64,000 bases of DNA, from contig OX597823.1 of the NCBI GenBank assembly GCA_951406725.2, forward strand, positions 47,802,001 through 47,866,000. Reading direction: 5' to 3'. Origin of the DNA: Octopus vulgaris (taxonomy: Eukaryota). Positions within the stretch are counted from its first letter, which is position 1. Each line of letters opens with the position of its first letter. Position numbers and translations under genes: made by a program. Under the pieces are notes generated by a model that worked only from the letters and a program-made list of their open reading frames with translations, did no database searches and was not told the origin of the DNA. Below, in pieces: positions 25,405 through 38,475 of this stretch.

Positions 25405-27729
25405 TATATGTAAGTATGTGTACATCTATGTGCATGTGTCTTTATGTCTGTGTTTCCCTGCTTGACAACAGGTGTTGGTGTGTTTACATTCCTGTAACAT
25501 AGTGATTCGGCAAAAGAGTATTAAGCTTAAAAACAATAAAGTCCTGGGGTCAATTTGTTCGACTAAAAGCCTTTCAAGATGGTGCCCCAGCATGGCCACA
25601 GTCAAATGACTGAAACAAATGATAAGAAAGCATTATATTTCATAGAGTAATTTGAAAGTTAAGGAGTTGATAATAACAATTTAAATGATTTTATTTAATC
25701 TCCTCTAAATTTTTCAGTATTTTAAATAATGATTGAAATATACAGGTAGCAGATTTAGACATCAATCCATATGTTTCTGTCTGTTGTGTGTCTCATAACT
25801 ATGAATTAATATGCTAACCTAAGAAACACATACCTAAGAAACACATACCTTTATCTCTCTCTTGTTTTTATGGTGGTTTCACAATGGAGTGACTGACCCA
25901 AATGGTAAGGACAAGGACTAATAACACTGTGTAACGTGATTTTTGTCCTTGGGTAGCAACTGTTATTTCTTATATGATTACACCTAATATTTCCTTCAAA
26001 TTTTGTGTTATGTTACATTTATTCAAACCCCAAAGAATCCCTCTCAATACATGGCTATGATGCTCCCCCCACTACTCATGCTCACAATCAGAGATGCACG
26101 TATTGTCAGCCACTAAGGGATGTGATCAAGTGGTTATGGTCAAGCAACTGACAAGCAAATCTGTGGTACTGAGCAGAATATTTTCTATAACAATATCTCT
26201 GCTTCAACTCAGCAGTAAATCTGTTTGAAATGTAATGGAAAATAGGTCAGTTTCAAAACATTGATGTCCCAGATATAAAAGCAGAGTTTGAAGGGAATAA
26301 TAGTCATTTTCTTTGACTTGTAGATAGAAGCAAATAGGAAATAACACTTACTGACCAAAGACAAAAAAAAAAATTATGATTTTGTTACACAGTGGAATTT
26401 GATTCTTTCAATATAGCATTTCAATGCCTTTGTTATTTTCATTTATGCTATCTAATGCTAGATCAAAACAGAATCATTACTGCATCAGACAAAATGCTTA
26501 GCGGCATTTCCTCTGGCTTTACATTCTGAGTTCAAATGCTGCCAAGTCAACCTTGCCATTCATCCTTTCAGGTTCAATAAACACTAGGGCTGATAGAATT
26601 GACTTCATAACCCCTCAAAATTCCAGGCCTTGTCCTATAGTAGAAAGGATAGTTAATGTTAGGTTTGTATTGCTATTACCTTTAACAACGCTGATTTACT
26701 CTCTCCTTTTGTATATCTATCTATCTGTCTGTCTATATGTCTATCTGTCTAGATTAAGGTAAAAATGAAAAAGCAAATCTATATCTATGTGCTCAAGGAG
26801 AAACTACTTCTAGCCACCTCTCATAGACAGTCTCAGCATCACACTTTCAGTTGCAATTTAGAGTGGAGTTTTAGCAGCAAACCAAACTGAACACACATAC
26901 TACATACCTATTACTTTATGTCAGTTGACAAAAACTCCTTATATATCCCATGTATATATGTGTATGTGTGTGTATATGTATATATATAAAATCTTTAAAC
27001 ATATATGTGAGTGTGTGCATGCATAGGCGTGTTTTGTAAGTGTGTGTGTGTGTGTGTGTGTGATGCTGTTATTAACTAGCAAGATATATTGTAATTAGCA
27101 GAGGGTAGTGGAGTGATTTGAAATTGAATAATTATATGGTTGTTTTGATTTGTATATTAAAAGGGACCTTTGAATATGAATGATTACAGATTATAATTGG
27201 GGTTGTAGGAGGGGATAAAAAGCACATTATCAAAATAAAGTGATGTATGAAACCTTAAATATATTGTTTAAGGAATTTAGAGAAGAATGATAAATGTTGA
27301 TTCAGCAAAGTTTATAAGAACAATTACTATTCTCGGAGTTGTCACTATTTTTGAGATCTGTCAAGATTTTTCTTACTTTCTCTAAGCTGAAAAGTTGACA
27401 TCTATAATCATTATAATAACTTGTGATGTGTACTAAAGTTACATACATACACAGGTGCAGGCATAGATGTATGGTAAGAAGTTTGGTTCTCAACCACATA
27501 GTTCCAGGTTCAATCCCACTGCATGGCACCCAAAGCAAGTGTCATTTACTGTAGCTTCAAGCCAGCCAGAGTCTTGTGAGTGGATTTGGTTGAAAGAAAC
27601 AGAAAGAAACCCATTGTACATATATATATATATTGTTAGTGTATCATATATCTGTTAGTCTCTCTCTTTCTTTCTTTCTCCCCCCTCTCTCTCTATATAT
27701 ATAAGTATATATATATACTGGGTGATATA

Positions 27730-29016
27730 CAGGGTGTGATGGGTAAATTGTTGCCATTTAATATTTTTTTTATTTCGTGCATGCACATTGTTTGTTTTTG
27801 ATTTTGATGACTACACTGTATAATAGGGTCAGTTGGGCACCGTCTGTGAGAAAAACAGCACCATGGTGCAATTCACTCTGCCAGAAATTTGGAAATGACT
27901 CGGTGTATTGCTTGGCATTCATGCTGGAAGCTCTAATATTAACATTTCAGAGTGTTTGGGTGTCAATCTCAGGACGGAGTAAAGGATTCAGAAACAATTG
28001 GATGAGTCTAATGGTGATTATGAAGATACAGCAGCTCAGAAAACTCACTCTGATCATTCTGATGCAAAAAGAACTGAATTTGTTGGTGAGATCTAGGCCA
28101 TGATTGACAACAATCCCTCCAATCAATCGGGTTATTGGACATAGGAGTGTCTGAGTTTCTTATCAGACAGGTAGTGCATGAAGACATTTAATATTCCTCA
28201 TACAAGATGTGAAAGGGCCAATTTTTATATCAAGCCATCAAGGACAAGAAGAAAGACTGCACTATAAAGCTTTTGAACAAACTCAAGCATCCCCTCCAAC
28301 TGAACTTGCTTTGGTTTCTCTCAAATGAGAAACATTTCTGCCAGGATCAGATGGTGAACTCACAGAACAACTATTGACTTACCACGTCCCTAAAACATGT
28401 ACTGAGAGTGATGTGATAAAAATCAAACATCCAATCCACATCATAGTGTTTGGAGTGATCACTAGTGATGGCAACATTATACCTCCATTCATCTTTCCCA
28501 CACAGCCTCACACTCAACATGGAGGCCTACATCAATTGCCTGGGGGAGGTAGTGCTGCCATGGGTCAAGAGGGTGGCTGCTGGAAGACCCAATGTCTAGC
28601 GACAGGACTCTGCACCATGCCACACAAGCAGGAGAACCCATTCATGGCTGTCATACAATTTTTGCAACCCATAATATCTGGTTACATAACTCCCCAGACT
28701 GCAACCCCCTTAATTATTATGTATGGGGTGCAGTTGAATGAGAGACCAACAAAACTCCTTGTAACACCAAAGATGAACTGAAGGCAAGTATTATGACAGT
28801 ATTATCCAACTTAAACAAAGAGGCTGTCTAGAAGAGTTGCAGGAGATTGTGAAGTCATCTGGAGGCCATGGTTGAAGCCAATAGCGATTTTATTGAATAA
28901 ATTAACTCTTTAGTATTTCAAGATATTTTTATGTAACTTTGGTAAATATATCTGTTAAAATGAGTGTTATTTTCATTTTTGCATAATTTAGACAACAATT
29001 AATGCACTGCACCCTT
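27730..29016 (+). mobile_element. Decayed maT (DD37D-like) Tc1/mariner-superfamily transposon
   Basis: TA-flanked TIR cagggtg.../...caccctt. Broken transposase 27863-28900: MVQFTLPEIW.., LWFLSNEKHFCQDQMVNSQN, KHPIHIIVFGVITSDGNIIPPFIF, QDSAPCHTSR, DCNPLNYYVWG, LEAMVEANSDFIE*. Confidence 0.85.
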
Positions 29017-29023
29017 TATATAC

Positions 29024-29068
<45 letters not shown>

Positions 29069-29080
29069 TATATATATATT

Positions 29081-29116
<36 letters not shown>

Positions 29117-29150
29117 TCCAACCCATGCGAGCATGGAGAACAGACGTTAA

Positions 29151-29194
<44 letters not shown>

Positions 29195-29510
29195 AGGTGT
29201 AGGTGTAGCTGTGTGGTAAGAAGCTTGCTTCCCAATCACATAACTCCAGGTTCACGAGTTCAATCCCACTGAATAGCATGTTGAGCAAGACTCTTCCACT
29301 ATAGCCACATGCTGACCAAAGCCTTCTGAGTAGATTTGTTAGATGGAAACTGAAAGAAGCCTATCGTGTGTGTGTATATATATACATATATTATTGTGTA
29401 TAACTCTTATAGACACATATAATATAATAATACTTGCAGTCTATGGACATTTTTACTCATGCAGGCCACTGGTAAAAAATTAATATTTAATCTTTATCCT
29501 ATATTGAAAA

Positions 29511-29571
<61 letters not shown>

Positions 29572-29645
29572 AATATTAGGGAATAAATCCAAACTTACAG
29601 GGAAAAATCAGATTTAGGATTGAATCCAATTTTATAGTAAAATAT

Positions 29646-29917
29646 TATATTATATTAAATTAGAGACAAAACCACTATTAAGCAAATCATACAATGAAAA
29701 ACTTAAGCCAATACATAAGATTATTTAATTTATATTATTTAAATATATAACAAAATTATTAAAAAAATGAATGACTGTAACGATCGTAGTGATATATTAA
29801 TTATATTTTTTTAATAATTTTGTTATATATTTAAATAATATAAATTAAATAATCTTATGTATTGGCTTAAGTTTTTCATTGTATGATTTGCTTAATAGTG
29901 GTTTTGTCTCTAATTTA

Positions 29918-29927
<10 letters not shown>
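29646..29927. repeat. Perfect inverted repeat, 123-bp arms, 36-bp spacer, embedded in (TA)n
   Basis: 29646-29768 is the exact reverse complement of 29805-29927. Confidence 0.92.
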
Positions 29928-29965
<38 letters not shown>

Positions 29966-30412
29966 AGCACACACACACACATATATGTGTGCATGTCTTT
30001 GTGTCTGTGTCTGTCCCCCACCACTGTTTGATAACTGGTGTTGGTGTGTTTATGTGCTTTTTACATGACACAAGCCCTGATGTTTTTTTATGTGTCACTG
30101 ACACTTTGTCTATGCAAAGTCCAGAAGGAAAAAAATAAGGTTTGTCTCTAGACAATTTAAGATTTTTTCTTTAATTTGTTTACCTTTACAAAGTGGCTAC
30201 AAGAAATAGCAGCATCCCACCAAAGTAAAAGATGGAAACAAAGTGTACCACACACAAAATAAACAAAACCAAGACAAACAATGCTATTACACAGTACGAC
30301 ACATGTTTGTAAAGGAAAATGTCTTGCTATCAACAATGGCTCTATTTTGAATAATTATAGTGACTTTTGGCAATAAAACAACAGCAACAGCAGTACTTAC
30401 ATAAATACTCAC

Positions 30413-30534
30413 CAACACCAGCTTTGTCAATTGAAAATATTGATAGAAATTTGAGTGGAGAACATGTTTTGTCTTTTGCTCACATAACTTCAAACAGACA
30501 ATCTCTAGTTAGGCAACATTCAGACAAAAAATAC
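30413..30534 (-). other. Candidate non-coding (5'UTR or lncRNA) exon
   Basis: Minus strand: ctaac-atgtttctgtcag acceptor and gtgagt donor (second donor gtaagt 12 nt further on). All three frames contain stops. Confidence 0.3.
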
Positions 30535-30750
30535 CTGACAGAAACATGTTAGAAAAAAACTGGTTCTTTTCTATCCAAAGTTGTCAGTCAAGTGTGAGAA
30601 AGAAATGAAGGTGACTTAGCTGTGCATTGTCAAAGCGATTGAGGCCTTCCTTGTGTCGGTCAAAGAACAATTAGAAGCAGCCGTTACTATTTTGAGTGAG
30701 ACCATCATCAGACATTGTTTATGACACTAAGTGTTGCTTTCATGTTTTAA

Positions 30751-30900
30751 CCCTTTATCATTTAAACTGGTCATATCTGGTTCAAATAGCCAATTTGTTT
30801 TATGTTCAGACTGGTCTCAGGTCTAGCATCTCACACTTACCTTATAATGTCGTTTTAAAAATAAATAATGGCATCATCGAAATCTTGAAGCAACGAGATA
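30751..30900. mobile_element. Truncated piggyBac-type MITE end
   Basis: ttaa-ccctttatcatttaaactgg; partner TIR not found. Confidence 0.4.
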
Positions 30901-31097
30901 TTCTTTTTGTTTATATTAGTTTCGGTCATTTGACTGCAGCCATGCTGGAGCACCATCTTTAGTCAAATGAATTGACCCCAGGACTTATTCTTTGTCAGCC
31001 TAGTACTTATTCTATCGGTCTATTTTACCAAACCACTAAGCTACAATGGACGTAAACACAACAACATTAGTTGTCAATAGAAGGTGAGGGGACAAAC

Positions 31098-31146
<49 letters not shown>

Positions 31147-31386
31147 GTACAAAGTGAGATAGGGGTTATGAGTGTATTATTGTATTATATGGGCGAAGGT
31201 AAAGTGTTTTACCTCAAATTCATAATACAAAATAAGAAAATGGAGGAATAGATTTCTTTCAATCATCAACTTCCAGATAATACCAATTCGTATAATTTAT
31301 TAACTAATTATTTAGATTAAATAGGAACAATAGAAAACTCCAGCTAAGTCACAAGTATTTACTCACAATCAACTTTTATTTCCTGT

Positions 31387-31500
31387 CTTACAAGTCTTCA
31401 ACATGGCCACCACCTGCAACATCAGCAATGTCAATGTCATAAGAGAATTCCTCCCAGACGTGAGTATCAGCATATCACAATCTACTGAGTTGATCTCTGT
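31387..31500 (-). pseudogene. C-terminal remnant of a Tc1/mariner-superfamily (rosa/DD41D-like) transposase
   Basis: Minus translation HVWEEFSYDIDIADVAGGGHVEDL* resembles the typical RVWxExxYRxDxCxxxxGxHxEHL terminus. Confidence 0.45.
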
Positions 31501-32103
31501 TTTTTTCTGTTGAGATTGAAATTGATGGGTGCATGTAGAAAACAAAGGATAAAGTGCCTAAAATTATTTTATTAGTATATAAAACTATATATGTATATAT
31601 ATTATGAAAGCTTATAAACAGAGCAATACATTTATCACAATAAGAAAACCTAAAACAACTCAATACATGTAAATAAATAAAATAAGCAAAAATGTTTCTG
31701 TGAAAAAGCAACAAAAAAAAATGTACTGAAAGATGATCTCTGATTGGCTATTACACTTCAAAACCAACCATCCACAATGTTTATTTCATTGGGCCGATGG
31801 ATCAGTTTCAAAGTCCTTTCAGCTTGTATCATTTGGGCTGTTCAATCAGCCTGAGTGTCCCAAGAGGTCTAAGAAAATATCGTTCATACACATGACAAGA
31901 ATAAATTATATGTATTTCCTAATTGGTGAGAAAAATACATCTTTTTCAATCTTATTGGTTGGATAAAGCAATAATAACTTCATGGTCCATTGATTTAAGA
32001 ATACAGGTTAAAACAGAATAGAATATTAACATGGTCAATGTAACATACTACCTTAATTTATGACATCAATTAAGGTAAAGTTTACATAAATGCTTATGTG
32101 CAT

Positions 32104-32140
<37 letters not shown>

Positions 32141-32500
32141 TGTGTGTATTAATAAGTATATTTATATTATAGATTGCATTATGAAATTGTACTCACACAC
32201 ACACACACACACACCCATTAGTGTTTTAGAAAGTTAATTGAATAATGTGTGTTGCAAATATTTGTACCTTTGGAAATACTTTGCATTCTTCAGTCAAATG
32301 TATGCAGTCAAGTCAGATATTTCACAGAAGTAAAGAATAAACATAAATGGCTTGTTTTTAAACTGGCAGAAGTTATTCTGTTGGGAAAATGGTTTCTCAT
32401 TCAGTTTTAAGTACATTATGATTTCAGCTAGTCAATTCTATTCTTTTGAGGTTGGAATGGAAAAAAAAAAATGATTACTAGCAGAATGAAAGAGAAGGCA

Positions 32501-32542
<42 letters not shown>

Positions 32543-33317
32543 AGGGAGCTTAGTTATAAGTGCCTGTCCAAGAAGAATAGACATGTTTGGTCTAATGTCT
32601 AGTGAATGATCCAAGAGAATAGAAAAAATGTTTGAACTGCTTAAGAAAGCCCTAAAAGGACTGAAAAGACAATAAGTTTTGAGTTCAAATTCTGCCGAGG
32701 TCGACTTTGCCTTTCATCCTTTTGGGGTTGATTAAATATGTACCAGTTATGCACTGGGGTCAATGTAATTGACTTAATCCCTTTGTCTGTTCTTGTTTGT
32801 CCCCTCTATGTTTAGCCCCATGTGGGCAATAAAGAAATAAGATTGGCCAAAAGAGTACATACGACAACATGTTCTGTTTAACAAATGAAAAAGAAAAGAA
32901 ACATTTCTGTCTGATTTTACTGGATGTCCATACAGGCCTTTATCCAACAATATATTGTTTCTTGTCACTGTGTATTTACCATAGCCTCATAATATTGGAC
33001 AAAGTTGAAAACAGCCCAAACGTCTGCACTAATACCAATATCTCAAGCCATAACTTTTATTTTCCTAAGAATCATATACATTAACACTAACATGTAAGCA
33101 AATGTGTAGCATAGAGTTCAGTTTGTTTCCTCACCTTGCTCTTAGCCTTAAGTACATGCTATACATTTTCATATGCTCTGCCCAGTGGATGGAATAGATG
33201 TCCCATCACACATTAGTCAGAGTCTTCTCTAACTGTTTCACTGAGGGCATATTGACACTTTATCTACTTTTGAATAACAGAGGAATGCCACTTCTCACAT
33301 CTGGCTTTCATGGTTAA

Positions 33318-33537
33318 CCCTTTCGTTACCGACCCGGCTGAAACTGGCTCTGGCTCGTTAGTATAAATGTCTTGCTTTCATAAGTTTTGAATTCAAATCT
33401 TCCTTCAAATCTTAGTTAAAATTTATGTTTCTAATCACTAGCTTAATGATAACGAAGTTAATTTACTAAATTCTTTGTTATAGTTAAAATAATTGAAAGA
33501 AACAGAGCATCTCAAAATAAATACAGTAATGAAAGGG
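33318..33537. mobile_element. piggyBac-type MITE (220 bp)
   Basis: TTAA on both sides; TIR ccctttcgttac / gtaatgaaaggg. Confidence 0.88.
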
Positions 33538-34060
33538 TTAAATTCATCAGAAAGCAGGCACCTTCCTTTGGAATATGCCTCACTCACTCTTTCACTGTTT
33601 ACTTGAATGAATTCAAGTCAAGGAATATTTTTTGGTACATAATGATGGTATATTACTATTGTTGTTGGTGATGTTATTATTTTTCTTGTTTTTTTTATTA
33701 AAATTATCGTTTCCTTAACTTCTGTGATTTTGTATCTTCAATTAAGCATTTTTGTTCAAATTCAAAGATATGTCTGTACATGTGATTAATAATTTGGTAG
33801 CATGTTTATTTACATCACTGCTCCTCTCACTGTGAGGAGTACGTCTTTTTACCACTTTGGAGGCAGCCTTATTTTATTTATTTAATTTCTTAATTGCTGA
33901 GTCTGTTGGAGAGGCTGAGATCATGGCCCTTGCAGGCCCTTCTCAACATATAAACTACTACAGATCCACATCTGCAGGAAAAACATGAACTCAGAATGCA
34001 AAGCGGGACAGAATGCCACTAAGTGTTTGATTTGGCATGCTAATAATTCTTCAAACTCTC

Positions 34061-34114
<54 letters not shown>

Positions 34115-34664
34115 TTGGAAGCTATGCCAACATTATGGAATAACAACAGAAAAAAGATGGTATAGGCACACACCAGAAAAGGTCACAGAAAACGAGAAAG
34201 CAACCATACTCTGGGATATGCCGATACACACAGATAGAGAAATTAAGGCCAACAGACCAGATATAGTTGTCAGAGATCATGAAGAAAAAAATGCTTTCTA
34301 ATTGATGTATCAATACCGGCAGATGACAACGTGTCTCTAAAAGAAATGGAGAAACTCTCAAAATACAAAGACCTGGAAATAGAGGTAACTAGAATGTGGA
34401 ATCTGAAAACAGAAACAATTCCTATCATAGTAGGTGCATTAGGCATGATAAAAAAATATTCAGACAAATACATAACAAAAACACCAGGACTTACAAACAC
34501 ATATAACATACAGAAAATTGCACTACTAGGCACTGCACACATCCTACGCAGAACACTTTCCATACAATAACCATCAGAGCATCACAACAAATCACAGCAC
34601 ATACCCAAGGCACACAGAGCTGCGCTCGGTAGTGAAGTGAAAGCACGCTATAAAAATAAAACTA

Positions 34665-34667
<3 letters not shown>
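34115..34667 (+). mobile_element. R4/Dong-clade non-LTR retrotransposon 3' fragment (restriction-like endonuclease) in (TAA)n
   Basis: WKLCQHYGI..KRWYRHTPEKVTENEKATILWDMPIHTDREIKANRPDIVV, a 1-nt shift in an A-run, then FLIDVSIPADDNVSLKEMEKLSKYKDLEIEV..PIIVGALG..QKIALLGTAHILRR*. Flanked by (TAA)n, the known Dong target. Confidence 0.9.
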
Positions 34668-34724
<57 letters not shown>

Positions 34725-35035
34725 CCTTAAAAGTAAAAGCACAAGTCTTGAAACTTTGGGACAGGGGACTAGTCAATTACATTGACTCCAGTGATTAACT
34801 GATATTTATTTTATTGATCTCGAAGGGACAAAAGATTGAGTTAACCTTGATGAAATTTGAACTCAGAAGTAAAGATAAATGAAATACTGCTAAACATTTT
34901 ACCCAGCATGGTAATGATTTTGCCGGCTCATTGCTTTATATGATAATAATAATAATAATAATAATGATGATGATGATGATGATAATAATAATAACAATAA
35001 TGATGATGATGATAATAATCATAATAATAATAATA

Positions 35036-35081
<46 letters not shown>

Positions 35082-35802
35082 TGATGATGATAATTAAAGA
35101 TGAAGATGAAAATTTACTGCAAAGTTGCTTATGGCGACTTAACTTCTTAACTTAAAGTTAGGAAGATGCAATATATAAAAAAAAGCAACAGAATGGCTTG
35201 AGAAGGAATAACATGTAGCAAAACCTTTTGCAAAAGAGTCACCAAGTTTCTAGCTTTTTGTGTAGCATTTGTTTACTACAAAACCTTTATGGAATATAAG
35301 TTAAACTGAAACTCAAAAATACAAAAAAATTATTGATAAAAAGGTAGTAAAAGTATATAAAAAAAAACAAGAAAAATGCAACCTATTGAAAACTAACAAG
35401 TCATTGTTGAATTCTTTATATTAATCTTCATATCTGACAAAGAAATATTCACTCATCACTTCAAATATTCTCATCCTGATCAGTTTTTAGTCTCACATTT
35501 TTCTGTTTAATAAAAACATTTTTATAAATACAATTTGTATATAGACTTCCAAAGATTGGCATTTTTTTCCTAGTCAATAAAGCAACCTAATGAAGACACA
35601 TTGGAGGAATTTATTTATGTTATTATAGTTATTTTGAAAAACAACAAACAAGAAAAAACAGGAAAGAAAATAAGAAAGTTATTTCTATTAAGTTAAATTT
35701 GTTTTCCTTTTATAATTTTTTTCAACAAATCTAAAAATCATTTCTTCCTCTTGAATATTACTTTTAGACAATTTATTATAAATTGAAAAAGAAGCAGAGG
35801 AA

Positions 35803-35849
<47 letters not shown>

Positions 35850-36759
35850 GAGGGAGAGGAAGATAGTCTGCAGTCAGAAGACCTGACGGTTGTAGTCTAA
35901 AATTATTGAAAGGAATAATTAGTCAACGATTTGATTGGTGTGACAACATTTCTTTAGCAGTTTACAACAACAGCTTGCTAAATAAAAGGAAGAGCCATAC
36001 AATAGTCTCAGTTGGAAATACAGAGATAACAAAAGCTAACATCTATGACAAAATTCCTCAAAATTTTGATATTGCTAAAAGATTTGAATCATTAGATTTG
36101 ATATTTAGAGATTTCAGTAATTCTGTAGACAACTATGAATTTTTAACATTTTAACAAATTTTTCTTATAAGAAAATAAAAAAAAAAATTCATTTGAATTT
36201 CAAATAAAAATGTGATAAAATTATATCTATTACATCTGATGTAAAAAAAAAAAAAAAAAAAAAATCTTGTCTTATTCCTGCTGCCAATAAACTTGTTTTT
36301 TGACAATGTTTTTTGAAACTAAATCTTATAAGAAAGTTTATTCTGAGTCAACATGAAAACAATTAAGAGAAATGAGCAAATCTGAGAAAGTTTGCATTTA
36401 AAAAATGACCAGAACAAAGAAAACACTTTCTTACTCAACTAACACAAGTAATAACTTACATTTTTTTTCACTAGATATAACAGATAAAACTTAGATTGGC
36501 AGAAATAAAATATTTAGGGGGAAGGTAAAGGAGGTTATGATTAAAGGATTGCTTGACCCCCTAGAGTCGATCCCTGTCAATACCCATTGTTGTTGATGTT
36601 GTTGATGACAAGGACAACTCTGATCAAACAAACCTATGACCAAATGCACACCTGATGTACTATCTTGTCTTTCTTTTTCATATATCATGGATTATTTTGC
36701 TTAATGCTTTCTTCCATTTTTAAAGACTCTATGGTGGGGACAAAGAAGGGAAGCCAAAA

Positions 36760-37390
36760 ATGCAAGCTGAAAGTGAACAATCAAATCATTAAGCAGGTAT
36801 TATCCTTCCAAGCTACCTTGGAACTTTGATTACAGAAGACAAGATATATGAAGGAGATCAAAAGACGAACCGTACTCTGAGCATCAAGACTGGGATCTGT
36901 TTATTGAACTGCTGTGTCTACCCTGTGTTAATGTATGGAAGTGAAACGTGGTCTATAACATCAGAAATGAGATGGTGCTTGGGGAGCTGTTGTTGTTAAG
37001 CAACAAGATGGGTAAGGGTGATTAGGTGATGGCCTAGGGCTTAGGGGCGGGGGACCCCAGACCTTGAAAAAAAAAATGGTCGTCTTGTTGTAGTCAAGGG
37101 CTCTTCGTTGACGTCCGGCACCACTGGGAGGTGGCCCTCAATGTCGTTTGAAATGGAGATCTCCAGGTCCAAATTCTTGAACAGCTGCTTGGAGGGCTGT
37201 GAAATGTGGTTCTTAAGAAGGATATTGATTATAACATGGAGAAAGTGTCTAATGAAGAAATGTTAGACTGAGCTGTGGTAAATAGGGGAACTGCTTTATA
37301 AGTGGAACTGTTACAGAAAACAAAGAAGAGAGAATTGTGGCTGGACATGATCGCCTATGTCCTACACTCTGGACATGGCAGCTAAAGAAG
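36760..37390 (+). mobile_element. Decayed RTE-clade LINE 3' fragment
   Basis: YLGTLITED..EIKRR, LLNCCVYPVLMYGSETWSIT, then after an insertion EMWFLRRILIITW. Confidence 0.75.
36991..37185 (-). mobile_element. Short 5'-truncated retro-insert with (CAA)n tail nested in the RTE
   Basis: Flanked by 15-bp near-duplicates tgcttggggagctgt (36976-36990) and tgcttggagggctgt (37186-37200). The RTE reading resumes after it. Confidence 0.7.
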
Positions 37391-38120
37391 AATGTATGAT
37401 TTAAGAAAGATCAGATCAACTCATGATAACCTCATGTAGTACATCTTAGAGCAGCATTGGGAATAGATCTAACTTTGATAGGGATAAATCTAAAAGGTTT
37501 GACCATCATTGCCTGGCATCTGTTCCTAGGTCAACTGATTTCAGTTCCATCTTCTTAGGATCTTGTCACCACCATGGCAAAAACCAGAGCTTATACATCT
37601 GCAGAAATAGTTGGACTACTCCAACTAAGATGATGACAACGAAAATGAACTAGTTTGTGCGTGCTTCGTTTGACACATCTTTCTGCTGCTTGTACCATTG
37701 ACCTAACTGCAATCTTAGGTTAGTTTAACTTAGACCGAAGTCAATCTTATGGTATCTAAAATATTGCCAGATGCTTACAGCCCTCTGCCACCTAGATAAC
37801 ACCATTAATGATAAAACAACTCTCATATTTTATAGAGAATTAGGGGAAGTTATGAATGATGATTGTCTAGAATGGCCCAGAGCATCAATGAGAACGGCCT
37901 AAATTGTCTCTTCTGGAGACCTTTCAAGTTGAGGACTATGGAGAACTTCCATAGACTCTTGACATAGAAGAAATACAGAGGAGTATTACCTGTTCAAGAC
38001 AAGAAATGCCCAGCGGCCAAACTTGCCTAAGAAGAGTGTTGATTGGTGGAACAGTCTTGCACATTATCATCCAGTGTCCTTGCATTTCCAATTTGTCAGT
38101 TTGTATCTATATATATATAT

Positions 38121-38170
<50 letters not shown>

Positions 38171-38375
38171 AATAATCATATTCACAATGATTTTGAAGTT
38201 TCAGCTGGCTAAGTCATTGTTGGGTAGTCCAACGATGGCTTAGCTACTCAAAATTTTGTAGTCACTGTCAACAATATTCTTATTTAATAATAATAAGTTT
38301 GTACTTTACAACAGTATAGAGTAAACCATCAGATGAATGCAAAATATATATACATATATATAGATTTATACACAT

Positions 38376-38475
<100 letters not shown>

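Noticed and set aside
30367-30552. Protein-like plus ORF (QQQQQYLHKYSPTP...)
   Set aside because: In-frame stops immediately upstream, non-ATG start, and no compatible acceptor.
35906-36154. 82-aa plus ORF
   Set aside because: Non-ATG start, no motif, no convincing splice sites.
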